52,828 bases of DNA from a virus (lineage: Duplodnaviria; Caudoviricetes), in the IMG/VR virus record IMGVR_UViG_3300021449_000498, positions 1-52,828 of that record; one strand, 5' to 3'. Numbering within the stretch: the first letter of the stretch is position 1; every line of letters starts with the position of its first letter. The notes beneath the pieces were generated by a model that searched no databases, was not told the origin of the DNA, and saw nothing but the letters and a program-made list of their open reading frames with translations. This document shows, in pieces, positions 29,435 to 38,394 of this stretch. Position numbers and translations under genes: made by a program.

Positions 29435-29979
29435 TCGAAGAATCCGGGGTCAAAGAACACTTCGTCTCGGGTCGGATGTTCGGTTCCATAGTGAACCAGG
29501 TCCTCGCGTTTGAAGAACGCCAGTTTCTCGTTTTCGTTTCCGCCGCGACCGGCACCCGCTTTGGTTTGCACGGTCACTAAGCTGTCGTGTAGTCCCCTTC
29601 GTGTTCGACCACCGAGTACATAGCCCGTGTTCGCTTCGTAGATAAGCATGTAGACGGGCACACCCGTTACACGTTCTATAGTCCGGTATTCATGTAGCAA
29701 CCGCGTGGGGATACCGTGGCGGTATTGGTTTTTCTTCCGGTAGTAGGCGGGTTCGGTTTTGTGTTTCACTTCTACATAGACGCTTTCACCGGACCTGGAA
29801 GCGAGAATGTCGGGGAGAACCACAGTTCCGGTGTCGGTTTCGAGGACCGGCGGCCCTTCGCGGTTCCACTTGCGAACGGGAAGAACAGCCCACCCATGAC
29901 TTTTGAGGGCGTTTTCGATGAGGGTTTCGGTGTTTTCTCCCCGTTGAAATTCCGGGGTGTCACGCAGTTTTTGGCCCAT
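29431..29979 (-). CDS. PD-(D/E)XK nuclease (resolvase/restriction-like)
   Basis: RGENTE, LPDILA and YVEVKHK catalytic pattern. Confidence 0.8.
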   Translation of the reverse strand: MGQKLRDTPEFQRGENTETLIENALKSHGWAVLPVRKWNREGPPVLETDTGTVVLPDILASRSGESVYVEVKHKTEPAYYRKKNQYRHGIPTRLLHEYRTIERVTGVPVYMLIYEANTGYVLGGRTRRGLHDSLVTVQTKAGAGRGGNENEKLAFFKREDLVHYGTEHPTRDEVFFDPGFFD

Positions 29980-30056
29980 GTAAGTAAGCGTAGTGTTCGT
30001 AAAGACATAAACCCCGGGCGGAAGGCTTATGTGGCGGGCCGTGTTTAGTGCGACGT

Positions 30057-30281
30057 ATGGCTACGAAAAAGAAAGCGATAGCACAAATGGGTATCGGGCT
30101 GTTAGTAATCGCGGCGGCGTTCGTTGCTTTGGCTCTTCTGGCATGGACCGCGGCGGGGTACATGCTTGCCGCTACTGGAGTGGCGTTTATCGTTAGAATC
30201 GGCCTTACACTGTTTATCGTCCGAATCGCGATTTTGGTTCTCCAGGTTCTCGCGGGCCTGACGGCGCTTTCGGTGTCGTAA
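30057..30281 (+). CDS. Small membrane protein
   Basis: MATKKK followed by long hydrophobic stretches. Confidence 0.7.
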   Translation: MATKKKAIAQMGIGLLVIAAAFVALALLAWTAAGYMLAATGVAFIVRIGLTLFIVRIAILVLQVLAGLTALSVS

Positions 30282-30283
30282 AA

Positions 30284-30643
30284 TTACCGAGTAAGAGGAC
30301 CGACGCGTTGCTGATTGTTCTTCGGTTGAAGCTTGTAGGTAGCGTTTCGGCGCTGTCGCGTTCGTTCTGGCTCTTCGGCGCTTTGTAGATTTTCGACCCG
30401 AACGCCGTCAGATTTCCATCCGGCCCGTTTCAGGTGCCCGTGTAGATTAATCGGGGTCTCGGGATTGTACGAGACATGAATGGTGTACCGTTCTGGGTTC
30501 GTGATTAGCTCTATTTCTTCGTGGTAGCGATAGCTTTGCTGAATGGCCTCGATAAACTCGATTCCGGTGAGGTTGCCCTTCCGGTAGGCGCGCGTCAATT
30601 GAACCACATTCAGGGTGTCGCTCTGTTCGACAAAATCTACCAT
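30284..30643 (-). CDS. Hypothetical protein
   Basis: 119-aa ORF with upstream TTTTATTTT box, divergent from the Cas4-like gene. Confidence 0.6.
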   Translation of the reverse strand: MVDFVEQSDTLNVVQLTRAYRKGNLTGIEFIEAIQQSYRYHEEIELITNPERYTIHVSYNPETPINLHGHLKRAGWKSDGVRVENLQSAEEPERTRQRRNATYKLQPKNNQQRVGPLTR

Positions 30644-30730
30644 AGTTTTCCTGTTAGAGTGTGCCGCGATTATCTAAAATAAAACCTCCTAAGCGGAAGT
30701 GTTTTATCCCCCCGCCCGCTGTGTATTTTC

Positions 30731-31597
30731 ATGTCGTTAGAATCGTGGGATTTGGCGTTAGAAGAAGTTGACCCGCTAATTCCGGCCTACCTGGAAGCCG
30801 AACACGTAACTCGGTACGACCCCGGGCGTCACGAAGGCATTTCGGATGAGGTACACGCTTCGGGGGTCGCGAAATGCCAGCGCCGCGCGCTGTGGAAATA
30901 CCAAAACCCGCCGGCCCCGGAAGCCTCGCCGTACTTTACCTTGGGCGACGCACACGAGGACCTGTATGGCGGCCCGCTACGCGAACGCTACGGGGATAAG
31001 CGGGTCCGTCAGGACGTAGGTTGCACGCTTTTCCTTCCCGCACCGTCCGCACCCGAGGGCGTGCTGAAAATCGTCGGAGAAAGCGACTGGACGGTTTTTA
31101 GCGTCGATGCACCGGGGCGGGGACACGTCTGCCTGCTACCGGACGGTACCCGTACTGCTAAGTCGAGTTACGACGAAGCGACCGAGGGGTACCCAACGCT
31201 TGAAGAAGCGCAGTCATGGAGCGAGTACGATGATTGTATAGATTTGGTCGTGGAAACGAAAACGACGAAAGACCTGGAATCGTTAGACAAGTTCAATAAG
31301 CGGGGGTTCAAGCCGAAACACCGGTACCAACTGGCGGTTTACATGCGGGCGTTCAATGCCGAAGGGAGACTGACGTATATGACTCGCAACGAGTGGAATG
31401 AGCGAAATTACCGCGTCGAGCGGAGTGAGGGCGTGTGGTCCGAAGCAATGAGTCGCGCTTACACCCACTATTACAACCGCGGCGACGACGTTATTCCGGC
31501 GGCGGACCCACTACACGACCAGGGGACCTGCGAACGTTTTTGTTCCTTTGTGGACGAGTGTAAGAAGGTCGGCGGCCAGCAGTGGGGTGAGGAATGA
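30731..31597 (+). CDS. Cas4/RecB-like exonuclease with Fe-S cysteines
   Basis: HASGVAKCQRR, GDAHE, VGESD, VETKT, YQLAVYM and C-terminal CERFCSFVDEC. Confidence 0.85.
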   Translation: MSLESWDLALEEVDPLIPAYLEAEHVTRYDPGRHEGISDEVHASGVAKCQRRALWKYQNPPAPEASPYFTLGDAHEDLYGGPLRERYGDKRVRQDVGCTLFLPAPSAPEGVLKIVGESDWTVFSVDAPGRGHVCLLPDGTRTAKSSYDEATEGYPTLEEAQSWSEYDDCIDLVVETKTTKDLESLDKFNKRGFKPKHRYQLAVYMRAFNAEGRLTYMTRNEWNERNYRVERSEGVWSEAMSRAYTHYYNRGDDVIPAADPLHDQGTCERFCSFVDECKKVGGQQWGEE

Positions 31598-31971
31598 CCG
31601 ACAGTATGGGCGACCGCGACCGCCGCGAATTCATCAAAAATCGCGAGGATAATCCTTTTGCATCTATTACTGTTGTAGAAACGGTTCACTACAATCCAGT
31701 AGGAAAGGAAAAGACGGCCCACTTAGTCGGGTGTGACGGGAAACTTCCCCGGTTTCTCATTGAGAGACATGCGAAGACTGTTTACCGGAACCACGGAATA
31801 GACGTTATGGACCGAGGGATTTCGGTTTCTCGTTCCCACTTTTTGGAAGAAGGAGACCCGAAAGAGGACCCGAGAAATTATAGCGTAAGTTCTGAATACG
31901 AAACGCTGTCGCGCGAACAGTGGAACAGCGTTAAGTCAGAAATAGACCACGAGAACGAAGACGACGGTTAG
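31594..31971 (+). CDS. Hypothetical protein
   Basis: ATGA overlap with the Cas4-like gene; SD-like GGGGTGAGG. Confidence 0.7.
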   Translation: MTDSMGDRDRREFIKNREDNPFASITVVETVHYNPVGKEKTAHLVGCDGKLPRFLIERHAKTVYRNHGIDVMDRGISVSRSHFLEEGDPKEDPRNYSVSSEYETLSREQWNSVKSEIDHENEDDG

Positions 31972-32135
31972 CTTCCTTGTTCGAGTGCTGAAAGAAAGAT
32001 AAAAGTTAGTCCTAACACTGTCCAGTAGACGAACGACGGGCCGACTGTTATATCGTTCACAATAAAGTAAAGCTGAATCGGTAGCCCCAAGATAGCGCCG
32101 ATAGCCATTTTCATGCAGAACCTTCGCACGGTCAT
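31968..32135 (-). CDS. 55-aa two-TM membrane microprotein
   Basis: Hand translation MTVRRFCMKMAIGAILGLPIQLYFIVNDITVGPSFVYWTVLGLTFIFLSALEQGS; ATGA overlap with the upstream stop. Confidence 0.65.
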   Translation of the reverse strand: MTVRRFCMKMAIGAILGLPIQLYFIVNDITVGPSFVYWTVLGLTFIFLSALEQGS

Positions 32136-32569
32136 TTTTCACTTCCGGTGTCGCTCTCGGTTTCGCTTTCTCGAACGCGCGCCGCCAGTTCTCGATAGCC
32201 CGCACCGTCTCGATAGTCGTCTAAGTTGTTATCTCCATGCCGGCTACGCGCGTCTTTCATGATACCAAGTAGCATAGCGCCTTGGGCATAGGTTAACTCC
32301 GGGTAGTCGGGTCCGAGGTACGCGTTCCACATATCTACGACGGTTTTCATCGATTGTTCTGGCGGCCCGTTTTGCGCTTCGCGTTCGGTTATAATCTCGG
32401 CGGCGTCGCCTAAGATTAGGGTTTCTTCGCCGCGTCCACTTCGGTATTTGGATTCGTCTTCGCTTTCCCACACTTTGCCACAGCGCCGGCAGCTATGCTT
32501 TTTGTTTTCATAGTGCCCCAGTTCGTCGCTTCCACAAAATGGACATTCGCGCGGTTGTTCTCGATTCAT
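32132..32569 (-). CDS. Zn-ribbon plus DUF6378-like phage protein
   Basis: CPFCG...CRRCG; ILGDAAEII..R...GPP..MWNAYL..MKDAR...DDYRDGAGY pattern. Confidence 0.75.
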   Translation of the reverse strand: MNREQPRECPFCGSDELGHYENKKHSCRRCGKVWESEDESKYRSGRGEETLILGDAAEIITEREAQNGPPEQSMKTVVDMWNAYLGPDYPELTYAQGAMLLGIMKDARSRHGDNNLDDYRDGAGYRELAARVRESETESDTGSEK

Positions 32570-32589
32570 ATGAGGGGGTATTATTCCGA

Positions 32590-32620
32590 AAAGTAAAAAG
32601 CTATCGGAAACTTTTTAATG
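32590..32620. promoter_or_regulatory. Back-to-back divergent BRE/TATA promoters (TFB gene and 32569 gene)
   Basis: Plus strand CGGAAACTTTTTAAT about 30 nt before ATG 32648; minus strand CCGATAGCTTTTTAC about 25 nt before ATG 32569. Confidence 0.65.
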
Positions 32621-32647
32621 CTTTCTCGTCTACTGAAAAATATACCT

Positions 32648-33574
32648 ATGGTTAAGACGTGTCCTGAATGTGAGGGCGGTACTATTAGGCAACCGTCAGG
32701 GGAACCCGAAGCGTTCTGCGAACAGTGTGGCTTCATTCCCGAAGACGGCCCGGACGTAGACTATGGCCCCGAGTGGCGAAGCTTTGACGAAGAGGACCGT
32801 CAGGTGCGGCGGCGAACGGGACCGGTGACGAACCGAACGCACTTGAACCGGGGGCACTATACCACGTTTAACGTTAACGAAGCGCGAAGCGAACAGCGCG
32901 CGCGGTTTTCGCGTATGCGGACCAAACAGCGGTGGGCCGAATCGTCGGAATACAAGCGCGCCCAACACACGGCCTACGGCGAAATGCGCCGCATGTGTTC
33001 GGCCCTGGGGCTTCCGAAATCCATTGCCGAACAGGCACACTCGTTATTTGATACGGTATATAACGATTTAGAAATGACCGGGCGAACTATCGAGGCTGTG
33101 GTTTCGGCCTGTATCTATACGACGTGTCGAATTAACACGTATCCGCGGACGTTCGAAGAAGTCGGGGAAGTGTGCCGCGTTGGGGCTGAAAAGACGAAAC
33201 ACATGTTCAAGGTTATCAATCGGGAAATGCGGCTTCCGCTTGCCCCGCCTACGCCGTTAGCCTATGTGGATAGGTTCGGCTCCGAAGCCGACCTGGACGA
33301 GGGCGAACGCCGAACCGCGCGAAATATTTTGAAATCGATTCCGCAGAAAGAATGGGCGTCGAAGAATCCGGCCGGGTTCGCGGCGGCGGCGGTCTACATG
33401 TCGGCGCTTCGGAGCAAGAAAGACGACCACCTTACACAGTCGGAATCGGCGGAAGTGGGCGGGGTTAGCACAGTGACGATACGGACGCAAATGCGGAAAA
33501 TGCGAGAATATGTCGGTTCTGCGGACCCTGCGGACGAAAACCCCCCGATAGAAGTGCCGATTGACCCGGCGTAA
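32648..33574 (+). CDS. tfb: Transcription initiation factor IIB (viral TFB)
   Basis: Zn ribbon CPEC...CEQCG, GPEWRSF B-reader, two cyclin repeats, HTH TQSESAEVGGVSTVTIR. Confidence 0.95.
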   Translation: MVKTCPECEGGTIRQPSGEPEAFCEQCGFIPEDGPDVDYGPEWRSFDEEDRQVRRRTGPVTNRTHLNRGHYTTFNVNEARSEQRARFSRMRTKQRWAESSEYKRAQHTAYGEMRRMCSALGLPKSIAEQAHSLFDTVYNDLEMTGRTIEAVVSACIYTTCRINTYPRTFEEVGEVCRVGAEKTKHMFKVINREMRLPLAPPTPLAYVDRFGSEADLDEGERRTARNILKSIPQKEWASKNPAGFAAAAVYMSALRSKKDDHLTQSESAEVGGVSTVTIRTQMRKMREYVGSADPADENPPIEVPIDPA

Positions 33575-33615
33575 GCGGCGTAAGTGTTTTGACTCGCCGG
33601 GTATTCCGGGGGTGT

Positions 33616-36387
33616 ATGGAATACTACGACCTGCAATACGGTCTCGATAGCGTAGATTCGGACCCGCTGTATATCGAGTTTCTGTGTAAAGACGAGAACG
33701 GCGAGAAGACGCGGAACCGCATGGATGCACCGTTCGCACCTTATTGCCTGATAGAACGCGGCGCTTTCGGAGAAATACCCTGGGGTTCGAACGCGTTTAA
33801 TAGCTTTCACGTATCGAAAGGTAGCTACGACACCGAAGTTCGCGACGAGACCCCGGACGGTTACGTTCGGTTGACCGCCGAACAGCCCGGAGACATAGGC
33901 GCGATTCGGCGCGCTATGGATGCTATTCGAGACGACCGCGAAGCCGCGCGGCGCGTAAGCGAGGATATAGAAGCCGGTGACGCCTCGAAGTGGCTTCCCG
34001 AGGCAATGGTCTCTGACGAATATATCGACGCCGAAAGGACCGCAGACGACCGCGACTCGAATTCTACCAACCTTCCCCCAGGCCGCGCGTACCTCAATTC
34101 CGAAACCACGACCGAAGCGAAGAACGAAGCCGAGAAAAATGCGGAAGAAAAGCTGGAGAAAACAGAAGAGCCGCCGCTTACCTATCAAGCCGACGTGCCC
34201 TACGGTCGTCGCGTCCTGATAGACGAAGGCTATCAACTGAATGTACCGGACCCTTCGGACGTGCTGTATTTCGACATTGAAGTTGACCCTTCGGGCGGGT
34301 TCCCCGAACCGGAAGACGCTACTGCGGACGTGCTTTCGGTAGCAGCCGTAGACGGCGAAGGGAACGAATTTTTCCTGAGTGGAACCGAGAGAGAAATCTT
34401 TGACGGTCTTGTAGGTGACCCTACGACCCACGACGACCGAATGGCCGAACCGGACCACGGCCTTCTTGCCGATTACTTCGTTCTCGTCGGATGGAACAGC
34501 GAAAGTTTCGACCTTCCGTACCTGAAAAATCGCATGGAGAACGCGGGGTATGGGCACAGTTGGCCTGGGTTCGACATTATCCATTTTGACGGCATGGGTC
34601 TCTATCGTTCATTCAAGCGGAAAAAGCAAGAAAGCTACGCGCTGGACGCTGTGGCAGAAAACGAAGTAGACGACTCGAAAGACATGGACGAAGACGAAAG
34701 TTACAAAAATCTTCGTCAGTGGGCGGACGAAGGGAACCCGCGGCTCAGGGAATACAATCTCCATGACGCGGTTCTGACGCGGAAGATAGCGGAGAAGTTT
34801 AGCCTTGTCGAGACGACCGCGCGGCTGTGCCGCCAGGGGTTTTCACGCATGGCGTCGATTACCTACGACAGCGGCGGCTATCCGCGCGTAGCAGTAGGCA
34901 AGCCGTGTGATTCGGTCATTCTTCGCGAAGCAAAGCGTCAGGGATTCGTCTTCGGCGACCGCGGACGGTACAAAGAGACCGGCGAATTCCCGGGTGGCTA
35001 CGTTTTCGAGCCGACGCCGGGTACTCATTCGTGGGTGTTCGTAGCAGACTTTTCGAGTATGTATCCGTCTATCATTCAGGCGCTTAATATCGGAGAAAAT
35101 ACCTGGATACCGAAACAAGGCGATATGACGCCCGAAGACGTAGACGGTATGATTCATGGGGTCAATCAGGTGTTTGACGCGGGGGACCGCGCGCGCGGCG
35201 GGTTCAAGCAACCGGCGGCGGACGGCGGCGAAGAAGGCGTTCTATCGACAGCGACGAGAAAGATTAGCACCCTCGCGGATGAGTACAAGGCGAAGCGAAA
35301 CGACTCGACACCGGGAACGCCCGAACACGAAGTCTATGCAACGATGTATGAGGGGCTAAAGACGGTCAAAAACAGTATGTATGGGGTGATTGCCTCGCCA
35401 CTACACCGCTACTACCTTCCGGGTATGAGCGAACACATTACCGAGACGGGGCAATTCCTGATTCGCGAATGTGAACGTTTTGTCTCCGACGACCTGGAGG
35501 ACGTAAGCCGCGTGGTCGGCGGTGACACGGATAGTGTGTTTATCGAGTTAGACGAAGACGACCCCGACGCGGACCCGGAAGCTATCGAAGACCGGTGTAA
35601 GGCCGTCACCGAGAAGCTAACAACCCACATTCAGGACTTGGTTCGAGAGGAAATGAACGCGGACGCTTCGCACCTGGAATTAGACGTGGATTATGTAGCG
35701 CGAAAATTCGTACAAACGGACAAGAAGAAAGCGTATGCCGCCCATATCGTTCGCGAGGACGGGAACCCGCAGGATGAAAACAAAATAGTAGGACTAAAGT
35801 GCAAAAAGTCGGATACGATGGACGCGGCGGCCGAATTACAGAAGTCACTCGTTGACGCACTACTGGCGGACGAGCCTACGGGAATGATAATCAAAGCGTA
35901 TAAACACGCGTTCTTTTCCGGGGCGAAAGATGAGAAAATAGTAAAACACAGTTCGCTCGGAAAGCGCCTAAGCTGTGGGTGTAGTGCCGGTGACGCTTCC
36001 GAAGCCGACTGCGAGTGTGACGTTTACAAGGGTAACACCGCCTCGAAACGCGCCGCAGAAATGTATAACTTGGCTATCGAGGCGGGCGCAATTACAGGCG
36101 TTAAACTCGGTCGGGGTGATAGTGTTAGTTACGTGAAATACGGCAAAGAACGCGAAAAGACGCTGCACCCTGAGATAATCCGCCGGGGTCTCGCGTTTCG
36201 AAAGGTAGACCCCGAAGGCGGGGCTGTTCATGGCGAGGACGTAGGCGACGTTACGACCGGAGAAAGCTTTTCGTGGACCCCCGGAAAGCGGCGCTACGTA
36301 TGGGGTAATTACATGGAGAAAGCTATCAGGCAAATCAATTTGGACCCGTCGGGAACGGAACAGGCCGGCTTAGGTGCTTTCATCTAA
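33616..36387 (+). CDS. polB: Family B DNA polymerase
   Basis: Exo motifs FDIE, GWNSESFD, YNLHD; pol motifs DFSSMYPS, KTVKNSMYG, GDTDS, KKAY; no intein seen. Confidence 0.96.
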   Translation: MEYYDLQYGLDSVDSDPLYIEFLCKDENGEKTRNRMDAPFAPYCLIERGAFGEIPWGSNAFNSFHVSKGSYDTEVRDETPDGYVRLTAEQPGDIGAIRRAMDAIRDDREAARRVSEDIEAGDASKWLPEAMVSDEYIDAERTADDRDSNSTNLPPGRAYLNSETTTEAKNEAEKNAEEKLEKTEEPPLTYQADVPYGRRVLIDEGYQLNVPDPSDVLYFDIEVDPSGGFPEPEDATADVLSVAAVDGEGNEFFLSGTEREIFDGLVGDPTTHDDRMAEPDHGLLADYFVLVGWNSESFDLPYLKNRMENAGYGHSWPGFDIIHFDGMGLYRSFKRKKQESYALDAVAENEVDDSKDMDEDESYKNLRQWADEGNPRLREYNLHDAVLTRKIAEKFSLVETTARLCRQGFSRMASITYDSGGYPRVAVGKPCDSVILREAKRQGFVFGDRGRYKETGEFPGGYVFEPTPGTHSWVFVADFSSMYPSIIQALNIGENTWIPKQGDMTPEDVDGMIHGVNQVFDAGDRARGGFKQPAADGGEEGVLSTATRKISTLADEYKAKRNDSTPGTPEHEVYATMYEGLKTVKNSMYGVIASPLHRYYLPGMSEHITETGQFLIRECERFVSDDLEDVSRVVGGDTDSVFIELDEDDPDADPEAIEDRCKAVTEKLTTHIQDLVREEMNADASHLELDVDYVARKFVQTDKKKAYAAHIVREDGNPQDENKIVGLKCKKSDTMDAAAELQKSLVDALLADEPTGMIIKAYKHAFFSGAKDEKIVKHSSLGKRLSCGCSAGDASEADCECDVYKGNTASKRAAEMYNLAIEAGAITGVKLGRGDSVSYVKYGKEREKTLHPEIIRRGLAFRKVDPEGGAVHGEDVGDVTTGESFSWTPGKRRYVWGNYMEKAIRQINLDPSGTEQAGLGAFI

Positions 36388-36434
36388 CGGTCGGCGAGCG
36401 ACAGTGTTTTTACTCCGGGCCTGAAATCCGGTGT

Positions 36435-36608
36435 ATGCCTCGAAGCGAACCGTGGCGCTATGCGTGTGTGCATTGTGGAAGCGTAACGCCTATTTGGCGG
36501 CCGGAAAAGCAACATTACCACTGTGAGGTTTGTACTGCGAAAGAATCAACGCTGTTAGACAAAAAGACGAGCAAAGAGGTTACGCGGTCGAATAAGTTAG
36601 CAGTATAG
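36435..36608 (+). CDS. 57-aa zinc-finger microprotein
   Basis: Hand translation MPRSEPWRYACVHCGSVTPIWRPEKQHYHCEVCTAKESTLLDKKTSKEVTRSNKLAV; upstream TTTTTA box. Confidence 0.78.
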   Translation: MPRSEPWRYACVHCGSVTPIWRPEKQHYHCEVCTAKESTLLDKKTSKEVTRSNKLAV

Positions 36609-36658
36609 GCGCGACCCGCGGCGAAACTGATAAGTGTGTGGCATTGCTTTCTGGGGGT

Positions 36659-36784
36659 ATGGGAATCGAACCCGCAGATAGCGAAAACTTTCGCCGCGTA
36701 TCGACATTCGGCCTGTTTCCGAAAACCGAGAACGAAGGTCAACACAGCGAAAGCGAGGGCGTCGAGTGTTGGGGTGAGGCATAA
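36659..36784 (+). CDS. 41-aa acidic microprotein
   Basis: Hand translation MGIEPADSENFRRVSTFGLFPKTENEGQHSESEGVECWGEA; TAATG overlap with the next gene. Confidence 0.55.
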   Translation: MGIEPADSENFRRVSTFGLFPKTENEGQHSESEGVECWGEA

Positions 36785-37002
36785 TGGAAGAAGACGCCGG
36801 CATTGCTATCGCGTTCGACGTGTTGGGGAACCTACTGCGGGAATGGGACGAGTTGGACGGAGAAGAACGCTACGGGCGGCTTTGCGCTGTCCGGGGCTAT
36901 CTTGTGGGCTTTTACGGTGACGAACTGTTGGAAGCGACCGACATTCCGGCGTCGTGGTCTCCCGGAGACGGTTCGAACGCAGGGGCGGAGACAAAACAAT
37001 GA
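36784..37002 (+). CDS. Hypothetical protein
   Basis: 72-aa acidic ORF; SD-like GGGGTGAGG; ATGA overlap with the ERCC4 gene. Confidence 0.65.
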   Translation: MEEDAGIAIAFDVLGNLLREWDELDGEERYGRLCAVRGYLVGFYGDELLEATDIPASWSPGDGSNAGAETKQ

Positions 37003-37700
37003 ATAGCTTAGGTGAGGAACCGTCGTCTTCGCCGCCGGCTAACGGGCGTTTGGTTGTGGATACCCGAGAACCCCCGGACGTGAAAAAACTGTCTAAGGAC
37101 GCGGCTATGGACCGAGAAATCGATTACACTACCGATAACCTTGGGGCCGGCGACTTCCTGACGGGTACGTATCTGGTAGAACGAAAGCGATACTCCGATT
37201 TCGTTGGTCGCCTTACGAGTCATGACGTAGATATTTGGACCCAGGTACGCGCGTTAGACGCGGCGGCCGAAGAACTGGGTCTCGTTCCCGTTCTGCTACT
37301 TGAAGGGGCGTGGGACAGTCGGAATCTGCGAGGGACGAGTGATAATGCAGTCTTTGGGGCGAAAGCGGCGATACACAAAATGGGTATTCGTCACTATCAC
37401 GCCCTCGATAAAGACGAAACCGCGTATGCTGTGGCAAAAATGGCCGAAATGTCCTCGTCTGACGCGAAAGCGCACAGCGTTCGGTCGTCGCCCTCGGTGC
37501 CGGAAGCCGACCGTCCGCAACACCTAATCGAGGGCTTGCCAAATGTCGGGCCGAAAACGGCGCGAACGTTACTCCGGCGGTTCGTAACTGCCCGCGGTGT
37601 CTTCAACGCTACCAAAGACGAACTACAAGAAGTGGACGGTGTAGGACCGAAGACGGCAGAGAACATAGATTCGGCGCTTATTGACGTGCAGCGTAGTTAA
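36999..37700 (+). CDS. ERCC4/XPF-family structure-specific nuclease with HhH domain
   Basis: VVDTREP, GDF, VERKRYSDF and LLEG motifs; two HhH motifs (LPNVGPKTA, VDGVGPKTA). Confidence 0.93.
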   Translation: MNSLGEEPSSSPPANGRLVVDTREPPDVKKLSKDAAMDREIDYTTDNLGAGDFLTGTYLVERKRYSDFVGRLTSHDVDIWTQVRALDAAAEELGLVPVLLLEGAWDSRNLRGTSDNAVFGAKAAIHKMGIRHYHALDKDETAYAVAKMAEMSSSDAKAHSVRSSPSVPEADRPQHLIEGLPNVGPKTARTLLRRFVTARGVFNATKDELQEVDGVGPKTAENIDSALIDVQRS

Positions 37701-37800
37701 AATAATGTAGTTTTTGCGTAGAAAAGTAAATATTCGCGTTAGTCAAAGGTGCATGGGAAACCATTTAGTTTATTTTCCTTTCGTGCCTACCGCGTTTTGC

Positions 37801-38295
37801 ATGGCGAACTACCAAACCATGCCTGACGTATTCGCGTTGGTCGCGAATAGAGGGCAAAAAGGCGACGGAAGTATAGCCGTCCAGGCCGAACTGGAAGTAG
37901 GCGACGAGGTTACGCTGTATAAAGCCGACCGCGTGCGCCGCCTCGTGGAACATGGTTGGATAAACGACCCCGAAGACCACAACAGCGGCGAACACACGGC
38001 CCGGCTTACCGAGTTAGGCGCTGCTGTGGCGAACTACTACGGCCCGGAGACCCACCGCCACTTAGAACAGTCGGTAAGCGATTACCTGAAAAAAGCGAAG
38101 TCAACACTGGACCACGAACACTACCCGAAAGGCGGAGAATACGACCGATTCGAGCAAAACGGTTCGATAGTGGAAGCCTTCGCTACCTGCGAAGTGTGTG
38201 GAAAGGAGATAATCACGCCACTTCAAAGGCGTTCGCCGCCGGAAGAAACGGAAACGGAACAGGAACAGGAACCGAAAGCCGCGGTTCCGGCCTAA
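37801..38295 (+). CDS. Hypothetical protein (possible winged helix plus Zn site)
   Basis: VRRLVEHGWI...ARLTELG wHTH-like pattern; CEVCG near the C-terminus. Confidence 0.6.
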   Translation: MANYQTMPDVFALVANRGQKGDGSIAVQAELEVGDEVTLYKADRVRRLVEHGWINDPEDHNSGEHTARLTELGAAVANYYGPETHRHLEQSVSDYLKKAKSTLDHEHYPKGGEYDRFEQNGSIVEAFATCEVCGKEIITPLQRRSPPEETETEQEQEPKAAVPA

Positions 38296-38394
38296 CACGG
38301 AACGGTCTCGGTTTCTTTTTTACTCGTCTGTCCCCTGCGCAGTCACTACACACCGAAGCCGAAGGGTTTATACTTCTCCCGATAGTGGGTGTAA

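Noticed and set aside
30731-31597. CRISPR-Cas locus suggested by the Cas4-like gene
   Set aside because: No other cas genes and no repeat-spacer array seen in the window
33394-34584. Long antisense ORFs such as 33394..34584, 23662..24717 and 6685..7527
   Set aside because: Shadow frames of acidic plus-strand genes in GC-rich DNA; non-halophilic composition and no motifs
36650-36678. tRNA-like T-loop on the minus strand (GGGTTCGATTCCC) and nearby inverted repeat CGCGGCGAAA/TTTCGCCGCG
   Set aside because: No acceptor stem partner, D-arm or anticodon arm; the region is explained by an acidic 41-aa ORF (36659..36784) coupled to the next gene
36616-36700. Hammerhead-like CTGATAAG...GAAA
   Set aside because: The core is not CUGANGA and there is no stem III or cleavage triplet in the right place
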